Made by a program: the position numbers and the translations under genes
Notes under the pieces: model-generated
The model's database searches: none
Told to the model about the DNA's origin: nothing
The model's input: only the letters and a program-made list of their open reading frames with translations
Part shown: positions 47,102-62,806 of the stretch, piece after piece
Layout: every line of letters starts with the position of its first letter
How positions within the stretch are numbered: position 1 is the first letter of the stretch
DNA from: Eledone cirrhosa
Taxonomy: Eukaryota
Reading direction: 5' to 3'
Assembly: GCA_964016885.1 (NCBI GenBank)
Contig: OZ024758.1
Location: 12,772,001-12,836,000 of the forward strand
DNA: 64,000 nt

Positions 47102-47254
47102 TGCATATATATATTTTCTTAACCGTATGCAAAATCTCGTCTTATGACATCTGGTTAATATAAAATTATAAAGTTACAATTCATTCTCTGTCAACTTCTC
47201 TTCCAAACCCCTCAACACCCTCTACCTATGTATTTCTCTATCATTGCCCCTATG

Positions 47255-47332
<78 letters not shown>

Positions 47333-47350
47333 ACTAACTATCTATCCCTG

Positions 47351-47612
<262 letters not shown>

Positions 47613-47683
47613 TATATATAATATATATATATATAATATGAAAATAAAACAAAGAACCCTTCAATACATCAAAAGTCTTTATT

Positions 47684-47725
47684 AGCCAACAATGTTTCGT
47701 CCTATTAAGGACTCATCAGGGCAAT
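47684..47725 (-). ncRNA. Minimal type I hammerhead ribozyme (canonical core)
   Basis: Minus strand: GCC CTGATGA GTCC ttaata GGAC GAAAC att GT T GGC, then AATAAA. Stems I and II pair, stem III is short and near-palindromic, cleavage triplet GUU. Confidence 0.85.
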
Positions 47726-48037
47726 CAAAACCACAAGAAGTACTATCGGCCAATACAAGCCGAAAACTCCGAAGAATATGGAGTGTACATACACTAAAGT
47801 ATTGCAGGATTATGGGTAAAAATATATAATAAAAATCACTAAGGAGGTGTATACCCTTTACTGTCATTTCTATAATACGAAGAGGGTGTTTAACTCCAAC
47901 ACGCTCCAGTATTTTAATCCTTATATATATATATAAATATAATATATATATATATATATATATTTATTAAAATAAATTGATATATATTTATCCTTATCGG
48001 GCCCTCTTTGGATTTTAGTCTTCAAATTTATTATTAT

Positions 48038-48098
<61 letters not shown>

Positions 48099-48101
48099 TA
48101 T

Positions 48102-48283
48102 AACATAGGAAATGTGGCAAGGAATCAGATGGACAATAACGCACCAGAGTACTCAATACTTAGAGTAGTAGAGTGGGAAATAGGAAAAAGTATGATCCCA
48201 TCGGCAGAGCTCAAGCCGTTTCGACGGTCCAGAAATAGCCGTCGAAACGGCTTGAGCTCTGCCGTCGGGGTCATACTTTTTCC
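48102..48283 (-). mobile_element. Family B cassette, subfamily B2
   Basis: Reverse orientation; diagnostic GGAAAAAGTATGACCCC, GGCAGAGCTC and AAATAG shared with 53529. Confidence 0.8.
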
Positions 48284-48699
48284 TATATATATATAAATAT
48301 GGAGAGAGTGATAGATAGATAAATATATAGATAGATACACCTCTGCCAACAAAACCACCGTCACCACCACTACCACCCTCACTACCACCACCAGTTACCA
48401 CTACAACCAGCACAACCAGCACAACCACCAACACCACCACAACTACCACCACCATCATCACCACCATCACCACCACCACCACCATCACCACCACTTCTGC
48501 ACTGCATGTATCACTTTCACAGTTGACCTAGTAACATCACGTGTTATTTGTAATCTCATTGATATAAAATAAAGAGATAGAAGATGCTCTCACCTCATTA
48601 TTACATTACTCTACACACGAGCCATGTTGGAGCCTATACCTGGTCGATTGATGCACTATATATGCACTATATAGCAACCAAACCCTCCCCCATCTTAGA

Positions 48700-49098
48700 A
48701 ATAATTGTTTCTACTTTTGGCACAATGCCAGCAATTATCCCAGTGTATTACTGGTACTTTATTTTATCGACCTCGTAAGGATGATAGTCAAAGTTAACCT
48801 CGGCGGGATTTGAACTCAGACCATAAAGGGCCGGTCGTAATACTATACTGCAAAGCATGGCGCCCGACCCTCAACCGATACTGCCAATCCACCGCCCTTA
48901 GAAATAATAACCATCCATCTTAGAAATAATTGTTTCTACTTTAGGCACAAGGCCAGCAATTACCCAGTGTATTACTGGTACTTTATTTTATCGACTCCGT
49001 AAGGATGAAAGGCAAAGTTAACCTCGGCGGGATTTGAACTCAGATCGTAAAGGGACGTAACTATGCTAGAAAGCATGGCGTCCGACCCTCTACCGATA
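48700..49098 (-). mobile_element. Two tandem Meta-domain SINE copies
   Basis: 48700-48897 and 48927-49098 are reverse complements of the 59269 element, with the GTTCAAATCC B box. Confidence 0.75.
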
Positions 49099-49327
49099 CT
49101 TAGAAATAATGCATATTAGATACTTTAGCCCTATACAAGTTTTACTTTTCGGTTCTGCAAGTCCCGAGGGAATCATAAGGGCGCTGTATTGGCCTACGAT
49201 ATTTGTAGGGCATTTTTAAAACGTGGTGGAGCCCTTCTCTTCTTCAGATCAGAATACAGAATAAATATTTCTTCCAGAGAAATATAAAGGTTGATTGAGA
49301 ATGGAGGAGAGAAAGACATTTGGCGGA

Positions 49328-49545
49328 TCTCCCCCTCTCTATATCTACTACACAGAACTCTCTTTCAATAACCCTCTCAATATCAATTAACACCAAACTA
49401 TCCCTCTCTATATCAAATACCATCAAACTCTCCCCCTCTCTATATCTACTACACAGAACTCTCTTTTAATAACCATCTCTATATCAATTAACACCAAACT
49501 ATCCCCCTCTCTACATCAAATACCATCAAACTCTCCCCTTCTGAT
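49328..49545. repeat. ~100-bp tandem duplication
   Basis: CTCCCCCTCTCTATATCTACTACACAGAACTCTCTTT...AATACCATCAAA occurs twice. Confidence 0.85.
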
Positions 49546-49589
49546 ATATAAATATCTATATAAATATGTATGCATCTGAATCTCTTTTG

Positions 49590-49657
<68 letters not shown>

Positions 49658-49811
49658 TCCAGAATTAGCCGTCGAAACGGCTTGAGCTCAGCCGTCGGGG
49701 TCCTACTCGTTCCTATATATATATCGTTCCTATTACCCACTCTACTACCCTAAGTATTGAGTACTTTGGTGCGTTATGGTCCACCTGGTTCCTTAACACA
49801 TTTCCTTCGTT
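49658..49811 (+). mobile_element. Family B cassette, truncated at the hairpin apex without inversion
   Basis: Begins at TCCAGAATTAGCC; internal (TA)n with a duplicated TCGTTCCTA; normal 3' end. Confidence 0.8.
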
Positions 49812-49814
49812 ATA

Positions 49815-49966
<152 letters not shown>

Positions 49967-50146
49967 TATATTCATTGGTTCTGTTCATGTTATTTCAATT
50001 GCTGTGAAATTTGAATTATTGTTTTGCTTCTAAAAAAGAATCACATAAACAGATTATGAAATACCAACGTTATGTTAGTTGTTAATGTGAATAAATATTA
50101 ATATATGCATATATATATATATATATAAATATATATATATATTTAT

Positions 50147-50204
<58 letters not shown>

Positions 50205-50229
50205 TACATATAGATATATAGATAAATAG

Positions 50230-50262
<33 letters not shown>

Positions 50263-50297
50263 AAGAGATAAATAAATAAATATATATATATAAATAA

Positions 50298-50343
<46 letters not shown>

Positions 50344-50520
50344 TTAATTATTTCCCAAATCCATATATCGTTTCGTTTTTATAAATGGATATATTATAAT
50401 TAAGAAGCAATGTGTAGTTAAAATAACGTAATTATATAAATGTACGTATGTATACGTATATATATATATACGTCTATCTATATGTATAAGTATATGTATA
50501 TGTATACGTATATGTATATA

Positions 50521-50567
<47 letters not shown>

Positions 50568-50864
50568 TTATATATATATGTACGTGTGTATGAATCATCT
50601 TTAATAAATAAAAACTAACAGGTAGGCATAGAGAAACAAATGTAGTTTAAATCACTGAATGTGTAGTGGCATGTGTATATATATGAATATATTTGTGTGT
50701 ATATGTGTCAGCGTATGTATATGCACGTGTGTGATTCTCTGACTGTTTATGGATGTACCTACACATACATACATTGCCGTGTATTTAAATAACAGGCTTA
50801 GGTGTTAGTGTGAAGTGTGAATAAATTAAATTTACACCTCATTAATACTCACACACACACACAA

Positions 50865-50903
<39 letters not shown>

Positions 50904-50904
50904 T

Positions 50905-50982
<78 letters not shown>

Positions 50983-51749
50983 GTGTGTGTGTGTGATTTT
51001 ATGTATGAATGTATGTATGTACCTCCGCTAATGCTTCCCTAATTGCAGACTCAAGCAACATCTGTTAAGTCTAGGAAACTAAGACAGCTGAGAGAATGAA
51101 GCTATCATGTAACTTCTTATAGAATTTCACCTTACTTTAGGGATGATGTATTTTTCTATATATATATATATATAAATATACAGGGTGCCCCCAAAAATGC
51201 ATACACAATTCAACAGCATTCTAAGCAAAGTTTGTATAACATTTTCTGGGACACCTTATATATATACGCAACTAAACTTAAATAGGTTACTTATACAATG
51301 CATTAAATACTTCCACTCTCAGAACTTTATTTCACAACTCTTCGACCCTATCATGATTAGACATGGGCGGTGGAAACATTTCTGAATTGAGGTGGCCCAA
51401 ATTTGGTCAATTTAGTTGTAATGATTAGTTTAGCTCTTTGCACTCTAAAATGGTCAGAAAACTTCGATATGCGATAAACATAACATGTACATAAATTGTA
51501 GCGCATATCCAAATAGATGTGTGTTTTGTTAATTATAATAGAAACCAATTGTCAAGGATACTATACACTGAGATCATACACAGAACCTTGCGACTACGAA
51601 ACATCCGGCTCGTGCCCATTGCATCTTTTACAAACAGTTGTTTCTGGAATAACTCGGTCCTGCCTTGGTATGGGAAAGCCATATCGAGCATGTCTGCAAT
51701 ATGAGATACTTCCCGTCCGTCCCCTCAATCTATCTTATTTCTCATTCTT

Positions 51750-51785
51750 TCTTCTGATGAAGGACTAGCGTCCGAAACGTTACGA
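51750..51785 (+). ncRNA. Minimal hammerhead ribozyme, one stem I mismatch
   Basis: TCTT CTGATGA a GGAC tagc GTCC GAAACGTT ACGA. Palindromic AACGTT stem III (dimer-type); stem I TCTT/ACGA has one mismatch. Confidence 0.7.
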
Positions 51786-51866
51786 CCCTCTTCCTGCTAT
51801 ATAGAGCTTTAACCTAATATATCCCTTCCATATACTGTACCGATTGTGTTGTTATTTCTGTTTATC

Positions 51867-51956
<90 letters not shown>

Positions 51957-51957
51957 G

Positions 51958-52032
<75 letters not shown>

Positions 52033-52043
52033 ATATATATATA

Positions 52044-52097
<54 letters not shown>

Positions 52098-52121
52098 TAT
52101 ATATGTGTATATATATATATA

Positions 52122-52491
<370 letters not shown>

Positions 52492-53273
52492 GTATATATA
52501 TCTCTAGCTATATACCTGTATATCTATCCATCTATCCATCTCTCTCTATATATATATTTATCACTCTCTGTCTCTCTCACTCTATATATCTATCTGTTAC
52601 TCTCTCTCTCTCCTCTTTCCTCTCCCCTCTCTCTATCTCCCCCTATTCTACCTAGCAACACAACTACACTATCATTAAGTCATCAATCCTTATTAACTAC
52701 AACAGATGTGTTGGCTGAAAACAATACCAAACAACAACACCACCAACACCAACAACACCACCACCACCACTACCAACACCACCACCACCACCACCAACAC
52801 CAACAACACCACCACCAACAACACCACCACCACCACCACCAACAACACCACCACCACCAACACCAACAACAACACAAACAACAATACATAATTATATAAC
52901 CATCATGCAATGCTCGTTGGAATTTTATCTCTTTATATATGTATATATATTTTATCGTCTCTCTTTTTATTTACAAGAATAATCTTGTTCCTATTGTTTA
53001 TATTCGTGTTATTGTCGTTCTTGTATCTGAGCTTGTTGTTATTGTTATTGTTGCTGCTTGTATCTGAGTTTGTTGTTGTTGTTGTTGTTGCTGGTATATG
53101 AGCTTGTTGTTGTTGTTGTTGCTGGTATATGAGCTGGTTGTTGTTGTTGAACAATAAATTTGCAGCTCCGCAATTTGCTACTTGTACTGACAGCCCGAAA
53201 AATATATAAGAGATGACCCCTCCCCCAGTAATACCTTTATATAACAACACCATCACCACCAGTGCACTCCCAC

Positions 53274-53427
<154 letters not shown>

Positions 53428-53528
53428 TATGTAAGCTGGAAGAGTTATATGTTGTTTGGGAAGGAAAAAAAAACCAAGAGTAGGATTAAATATATATGTA
53501 TGTATGTGAGCGACAGTATATATATATA

Positions 53529-53719
53529 GGAAAAAGTATGACCCCGACGGCAGAGCTCAAGCCGTTTAGACGGCTATTTCTAGTCCAGAAATAGCCGTTG
53601 AAACGGCTTGAGCTCTGCCGTCGGGGTCATACTTTTTCCTATTTCCCACTCTACTACCCTAAGTATCGAGTACTCTGCTGCGTTATGGTCCATCTGGTTT
53701 CTTACCACAATTCCTTTGT

Positions 53720-53720
<1 letters not shown>
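53529..53720 (+). mobile_element. Family B foldback cassette, subfamily B2
   Basis: (TA)n-GGAAAAAGTATGACCCCGACGGCAGAGCTC...GAAACGGCTTGAGCTCTGCCGTCGGGG...TTCCTTTGT-(TA)n. Confidence 0.8.
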
Positions 53721-53750
<30 letters not shown>

Positions 53751-54332
53751 AGATTACATCTATATGTGTGTAGATTACATCTATAACTTGTTACTCATTA
53801 CTCAAGATTTAGAATTAAATATGGCCGTGATTTCATTAATGCTGGTTGGGTGGGCAATATAAATGTATATTGTAATTGTTGCTGATGTTAGACCTACACC
53901 AGGCCTGATTTCAATGTCTTTCCAGTTACGATGATCTCGTCTTTTCATATATCTCCAATTCAATTAACAAACATATCCTTTAAAAAGCTTCATATGGTAG
54001 AATTTGATCTCAGGAAACATGGCTGACATTTTCCACAGGTCACGTCACCATGTTGCATTTCTGTCACGTGACCATGCTGCATTTCTACAAGACCATTAAC
54101 TCTTTATGATAGTTTTCTGAACGTATCAACATGGACATTAGGGCTACGTCTATAGACATGATATGTTCTCTATATAATGAACTAGATACAAACACATATA
54201 CAATACATATAAAATATGCATTCTACTTTACACCCAGTAATCTCAGAAAACTGGCCTGCGTCACTATAATATATCTGCACGCATCAACGTTAAATTTACT
54301 CCAATATTCATACATTTTATATATATATATAA

Positions 54333-54387
<55 letters not shown>

Positions 54388-54476
54388 TATATTATATATA
54401 AATATATATATATATAAATATATATTTATATATATATTTATAAATATATATATATATATATAAATATATATTTATA

Positions 54477-54573
<97 letters not shown>

Positions 54574-55146
54574 TGGCCATACGAAGTATGAAGTATTCGT
54601 TCCTTCCATCAACATAAGAATCCAATATTCGATTTAAGTAGGAATATATAATATATATCTGTCAGTACAATTGAAGAACTTTAAACGTTGATGGGCTGCG
54701 CTGTTAATTTCAGACGAAAGACAATTTAAAGATGGAAACCGTTTCAGTTTGTCTCACATAAACACCTAAAACAAATAAACCCATTCAGGAAAGACCTTTA
54801 GATGGTGAGTGAAGATAGCGGCCATTTTGTGTCGCGTGGCCATTCATAGATATTTCGTGAAAGTTTATTGCTAGTTGGTGATATAGCTTTTAATGAAAAT
54901 ATTGATAAATGTCCTTTACACAAATTCTCAGAGAAAAGGCAATTTATTTATTTATTCATACATTCATATACCTACGAGTTTATGCATGAGTCTCCTTGGT
55001 GAGGGGGCTGTAACTTTATATGTATGTATGTATGTCTTTATATGTATATATGTATATCTTTATATGTATGCAAGTGTGTGTATGTGTGTACATATGTATG
55101 ATTGTATATGTACGTGTGTTTGTACGTATGCATATATGAATGAAGG

Positions 55147-55200
<54 letters not shown>

Positions 55201-55254
55201 GTATACATACATATATATATATATTATATAAATGTTTGTATGTATATACATATG

Positions 55255-55302
<48 letters not shown>

Positions 55303-55304
<2 letters not shown>

Positions 55305-55493
55305 AACGAGTAGGACCCCGACGGCTGAGCTCAAGCCGTTTCGACGGCTAATTCTAGTCCAGAATTTGCCGTCGAAACGGCTTGAGCTCAGCCGTCGGGG
55401 TCCTACTCGTTCCTATGTTCCACTCTACTAACCTAAGTATTGAGTACTTTGGTGCGTTATGGTCCATCTGGTTCCTTACCACATTTCCTTCGT

Positions 55494-55494
<1 letters not shown>
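55303..55494 (+). mobile_element. Family B foldback cassette (plus a degenerate fragment at 55521-55566)
   Basis: Same structure and ends as 30379. Confidence 0.85.
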
Positions 55495-55524
<30 letters not shown>

Positions 55525-55566
55525 AGAGTCAGGACCCCGACGGCTTAACTTCGGCCGTTTCGACTG

Positions 55567-55601
<35 letters not shown>

Positions 55602-55602
55602 C

Positions 55603-55669
<67 letters not shown>

Positions 55670-55939
55670 ATCTCCTGTGAAATTATTTTTCTCAGGTAGT
55701 GCGTAACTATGAGCATACATTATTTAGTGCTATTTCTACTGGGTCGAGTGGAAACGTACGGGTTAGCATATTGGCTCATGGTTTGTGTGTGGGATTGTTA
55801 TTTTGAATACCTATATGTGTCTGCATGAGTGTGTCAGAGCGTGTGTGTGCATGCGTGTGTGTGTTTGTATGTGCATGTGCATGTGTGCGCGCGCGTGCGT
55901 GTGTGTGTATGTGTGCATGTATTCTTGTTACACATGAGT

Positions 55940-55986
55940 TACACCTGTTGGCAAGAGTCACAGAACAAAACTGTGTAACGAGTGGG

Positions 55987-56036
<50 letters not shown>

Positions 56037-56080
56037 CACCCACTCGTTACATAGTTTTGTTCTGTGACTCTTGCCAACAG

Positions 56081-56085
<5 letters not shown>
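55940..56085. repeat. 49-bp inverted repeat around a (TA)n tract
   Basis: TACACCTGTTGGCAAGAGTCACAGAACAAAACTGTGTAACGAGTGGGTG and its reverse complement at 56037-56085. Confidence 0.85.
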
Positions 56086-56118
<33 letters not shown>

Positions 56119-56649
56119 AGCTATAACAATAACAACAACATAAACAAATACTTCACTAATACTGGCGTTGATTACATCAACTACAGGCCCTCCCTCAATC
56201 TATGGTGGCGGTGAGAATACACAAAACCATACTCGCTTCGATCACTTCGATTGGCATTCTGACATTCTAGTCCACTCGGTCAGTTAATATTTCTCTAAAA
56301 AGAAAGGAGAAAAAATAACCGTAACCAAATAAAAAAAGGAAATTTAGACAAATAATCGGACAAAACGAGGCAAAAATGCAGCAATAAAAAATATGTTCCT
56401 ATCACCATTTTGTTTTTAGCTTGGCTTCCTGTTTCCATTTTGTATTTTAGTTATTTTATGTTATCTATTAATTTTGTTTTTACACTTCTGCACATGAAAA
56501 TAATTTATGGCCGATGTGAAACAAGGTTTGCTTAAAAAGAAGAAAAAAAAAATCACCACCAGAAAATAGCAATGACAAAACTATAGAAATTGGGGATAGA
56601 AAGGGAGAAAAAAATATATAAATAAATAATAACGAAAGCCGACGTGTTG

Positions 56650-56751
<102 letters not shown>

Positions 56752-57246
56752 CGGAAAAAAAACAACAACCCAATAGCAAGAACATAATATTAATAATGAT
56801 AATATGGTGATGTTGATAATAGTAACGATAATATGAAATAAATGTCTATATTAACTATAAATCCTTGAATAGTTTTTGAAGCCAATATGAGTTAGGTTTC
56901 ATGTATATGATTATGATAGATACAGAACCTGATGGTCGATCTGACAGGACCAGTCAAGGACCCAAACCTCCTTATCCTCACCCCATCAGTCAGTTCCTAG
57001 GAGGTAAATCGTTTAGGCACAATATCTAATCAGATTTGAAACACCAAAATCCACCGAAGCGCTTCAAATAATAATAATAATAATAATAATAACAACAAAA
57101 ACAACAACAACAGCAACAACATCAACAACAACAGTGACGAATAAAAATGAAAATAAAAATAAAAAAAAAAATTTAAAAAAAATCTTAAGCATATATCAAC
57201 TCCCTCGTTTTTATCTCGCAATCTTTCACTCCCTCGCTCACGCCTG

Positions 57247-57315
<69 letters not shown>

Positions 57316-57479
57316 TATATATATATAAAGCCAACGTATATATATATAAATATATATATATATAGGTAGGTATGTATGCATCAGGATTTTAGGTTCTTTA
57401 CAGATTAGATATCTAGAAACCACATTTATATTTATCCATGTACTCATCCCTCATCTATCTATCTACTAATAAAGAAACA

Positions 57480-57567
<88 letters not shown>

Positions 57568-57692
57568 ATTGAGGTTTGGTGGGTTACCACTGGGTAGAAC
57601 TGGGGTCAATCAGTAAAGTCCGGCCTCCTGACATTTGATTGAAAATCATATATATATATATATTTATGTATATATATATGTATATATATATG

Positions 57693-57730
<38 letters not shown>

Positions 57731-57766
57731 CATATGTACATTTATATATATATTTATATATATATT

Positions 57767-57799
<33 letters not shown>

Positions 57800-57802
57800 A
57801 TA

Positions 57803-57874
<72 letters not shown>

Positions 57875-57933
57875 TGTAATGAATATATGCATGTATGAAT
57901 GAATGTATGTATATATGTATATATGTAGGCACG

Positions 57934-58198
<265 letters not shown>

Positions 58199-58242
58199 TG
58201 AGGCAGTAAACAAAAAACCAAAAAAATAACGTGGAAGCGAAG

Positions 58243-58273
<31 letters not shown>

Positions 58274-58709
58274 TATATATATATAAGTATAGTATAACAC
58301 ACACACATAACACTAACGCCTTTTATTCCTATTTATTCCTGTATCACTCTGTCACTTCTCACACCTTTTCACAGTTCCATATTTCGCCACCACATATTTT
58401 CCTCTGAATTCTCCTCTAACTAATACTCCTCTTCATTCTATATTTACTCCACCTCCCCTTCATTATCTTCTCCCACTCACTCCTATCAACGGAAGAAGCC
58501 AAGTCACCTCTCATTTACTTTTATTCCTCTTTCATTCACAGCAGAAGAGAAAATAACATTTTTACTGTGAATAAAAATATTATCTTATACGTACGAAAAC
58601 TCACATAAAATCATATATATGCACATATACACTAATATTTACATACACACATAACTTTATATATATATATATATACACATATATATATATGTGTGTGCAT
58701 GTATATAGT

Positions 58710-58740
<31 letters not shown>

Positions 58741-58771
58741 GCATGTACAAATATATATTTATATAAATATA

Positions 58772-58845
<74 letters not shown>

Positions 58846-58893
58846 CATATATATGAATATATATTTATATATAAATATGTACATATATATAAT

Positions 58894-58996
<103 letters not shown>

Positions 58997-59268
58997 TTAC
59001 ATATATATTCGGTTGGTCTATAAACCTTATATTTGAACAAATCTCTATAAGATTTTATTGGTGTAGATATATGAAATCCCACGGGGTCGGCTCTTCGTTC
59101 TTTCGGGTTCGATAAATTATAATACTAGTGAGACACAGGATCGATATATTTCACTAAACCTCTTCCCCAAATGTGTGGCAATGTACCTATGTTAGAAATC
59201 AATATTAAAAATCAATATATCGTAATAAATCCGAAGATTCTAACGAAGCAATGTTTCACCTTCATTAT

Positions 59269-59460
59269 ATGGTGGATTGGCAATATCGGTAGAAGGTCGG
59301 ACGCCATGATTTGCAGCAAAGAGTTACGGTCCTCTATGGTCTGAGCTCAAATTCCGCCGAGGTTGACTTTGCCTTTCACCCTTATGGGGTCGATAAAATA
59401 AAGTACCAGTAATGTACTGGGTAATTGTTGGCCTTGTGCCAAAAAAGTAGAAACAATTAT
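59269..59460 (+). mobile_element. Meta-domain SINE, full-length
   Basis: TGGCAATATCGG A box, GCTCAAATTCC B-box-like, central GCCTTTCACCCTTATGGGGTCGATAAAATAAAGTACCAG, tail GGCCTTGTGCCAAAA..TAGAAACAATTAT. Confidence 0.75.
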
Positions 59461-59530
59461 ATATCTAGAGTATTTTTTTTATCTATGAACATGTACAATA
59501 TACAGGACACATGTATGATTACACACACAA

Positions 59531-59662
<132 letters not shown>

Positions 59663-60024
59663 TTATATTTATATATATATTTACATATATATTTGTATAT
59701 ATATGTAACATAATGTATGTATGTCTATATATATGTATGTGTGTGTATTTGTGTGAGCGAGTGAATATGTGTGTATGGTGTGTGTGAGTGAGTGAATATA
59801 TGTGTTTCCTTATATGTAAATTTATCGACTATACATTTTCACAGATCTGATTATATATATTTCATAATGATGATGATGATAATGATAACCCCCCCCCCCA
59901 CCACCACCACCACCACCGTCAACAACAACAACAACAACAACAACAGCAACATTAACAAAAAAATATGACATAAAATGCACAAACAAACCTAAATTATAAA
60001 ACATAAGTACAGAAACAATATACA

Positions 60025-60108
<84 letters not shown>

Positions 60109-60612
60109 ATATATATATATAAAACAACGAAAAAATTACCATAAATAGCTCGTCAAAAATATTGCATATCTACCATAATATAATATAATTTCTGTGAGAA
60201 CGTTTTACACATCTTAAAAATATCAACAATACGATTTATAGTCAGACCTTATCTTTACAGTATTTCTTTCTTCCTTGCTTTCTCTTTTGTATATTATTTT
60301 CGTGTGTTTGTGTGTGTGTTTTTTTATATTTATATATATAGACATCTTCTATATCTTGAATGATTTACTGTTGCTGTACTGCCTATGTCTGTGTTGGTAT
60401 GCTTTGAATGTATATGTATGTATGTAGGAGTATGTATGTGTATATGTATGTGTGACTATATATATATATATATATATGTATTGAGAGAATTTTTTTATAT
60501 GTTTATGAATTATGTTTATGCATATATACTGTATATATATATATTCATATATATATATATATATATATATTCATGTATATATATATATACTTCATGTGTA
60601 TATATATATATA

Positions 60613-60709
<97 letters not shown>

Positions 60710-60863
60710 TGTATATGTATATATATATATATATATATATTTGTGTGTATGTGTGCATGTATGTATCTATGTATTCATGTGAGTGTATTTATTTCATATC
60801 AATATGTTTATAGATATGTAATATTGAATAATGTATATATACATATCCATGCATAGATGCACA

Positions 60864-60982
<119 letters not shown>

Positions 60983-61136
60983 GAAAGAGAGAAAGAGAGA
61001 GAGATAGAGAGATAGATAAAGAGAGAAATACACGACGCAAAATATATATTTAAATTCTGAATATTATCATGTATGTTTGTATGATTATTTATACACAATG
61101 ATATATAGAATCAAATATATGTCCATATATATATAT

Positions 61137-61208
<72 letters not shown>

Positions 61209-61873
61209 ATATATATATATATATGTATTAATACATTATGCAACTGGAATAATATTTCTTTAAATCAATGTTTCTGTGAGTTACTACATGTTCGGGTCAC
61301 GCTAAAAACTAAATTTGCCATTAAGGTATTCGTCGTTGAAACCGACGAAGAACGCATTAGAATCTAAATAAAATGGCACATAAGTCTAATATCATATGAA
61401 GAAGATATTTTATATGTAGTATTATTATTCTCTTAGAGTAGATGGCATTTGAAATTAAATCATTGTATATAACGAAACACTTTCACCGTAGAATGTAGTT
61501 GAAATTGCATGCATGCCTAGCAAAATTATTCCATTGCCTTTACACAGCTCTGTCAATTCTTTATAGATTAAAAGCATCTAAGCAGAATTGTCATATCTTA
61601 TTTCAAAATGTCCGCTAAATTGTCTAACTGCATATTTAGAAACACTGAGGCTGGTAATTCAATTTTAGCCGGCTTGAAAGGTCAACACTATCGCAATTCT
61701 ATTAATAAAGTATATTCTTAATATTGGTAATTTAAAGATTACTAATAAAGAATGATCGGAAGTGTAATGTTAGCAAAACTAAAAGAATTTGAAGACATTC
61801 TGAAACGTACACAAATAACCTATATGATATTGTTGTTATTGTTGTTTTTATCGTCATCATCATCATCATGATT

Positions 61874-61927
<54 letters not shown>

Positions 61928-62179
61928 TTCTGTTACTTCAAATGCAATTTCTTTAATTTAATAAGAGAGCAGAATCCATGCCAAATCGATTTATCTTTAA
62001 ACTTTGCGTTTCATTCCATGAAAAGTAAAAACATGAATAAATGTATATATATTCCCAGAGATGTAAATGTGAAATTGTAAATGAGCCTTCTTCAGTTTCG
62101 ACGAGGAGTGTACCAATTTTTCGATCAAAGGAAAAGTCTGCTGAGCCTTACAACCACCCTCACCCACACATACATACAC

Positions 62180-62215
<36 letters not shown>

Positions 62216-62248
62216 CTCTCTCTCTCACTCAATAAACATGTACATATA

Positions 62249-62313
<65 letters not shown>

Positions 62314-62329
62314 CGTTTCTGAATTTGTT

Positions 62330-62670
62330 TAGCAAGATTCTTTATCTGAAAACGTGTGTTGAAACCGATATTGTTATACATCGCGAGGGTCATGTTGCCA
62401 ATAAGAAACACTCGCACCAATTGCTTTCACTTCAATGTATTACAATAAATTTATAAATTTAGGAATTCATAAATTTCCGGTTGGTTGGTCGGTTCCACAA
62501 CCAGATGGTTGTTTATATATATTGTCAAAGTTCTTTCGTCACACATTCTGTGACCTCTTCAGTGACCGGAAATTTATAAATTCCTAAATTTATAAATTTA
62601 TTATAATAAAGTGAAGTGAAAGCAACTGGTGCGTGTGTTTCTTATTGGCAACATGACCCTCCCAAAGTAT

Positions 62671-62676
<6 letters not shown>
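62330..62676 (-). mobile_element. pLTR-like cassette: hammerhead flanked by ~110-bp inverted arms, in (TA)n
   Basis: 62369-62480 is the diverged reverse complement of 62566-62676; HHR at 62524-62566. A related palindromic fragment lies at 31200-31385. Confidence 0.65.
62524..62566 (-). ncRNA. Minimal type I hammerhead ribozyme
   Basis: Minus strand: GTCA CTGAAGA g GTCACA gaatg TGTGAC GAAAG aa CT T TGAC. 4-bp stem I, 6-bp stem II, one extra purine after A9, near-palindromic stem III, triplet CUU. Confidence 0.8.
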
Positions 62677-62728
<52 letters not shown>

Positions 62729-62749
62729 CCCTCTCTCACTCAATATACA

Positions 62750-62806
<57 letters not shown>

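Noticed and set aside
47860-47921. KYWSVLELNTL as a GIY-YIG C-terminus upstream of the HHR
   Set aside because: Too short and followed by a stop; cannot be supported without a search.
52933-53259. 108-aa Q/N/T-rich minus-strand ORF
   Set aside because: Low complexity, non-ATG start, no recognisable domain or clear splice sites.
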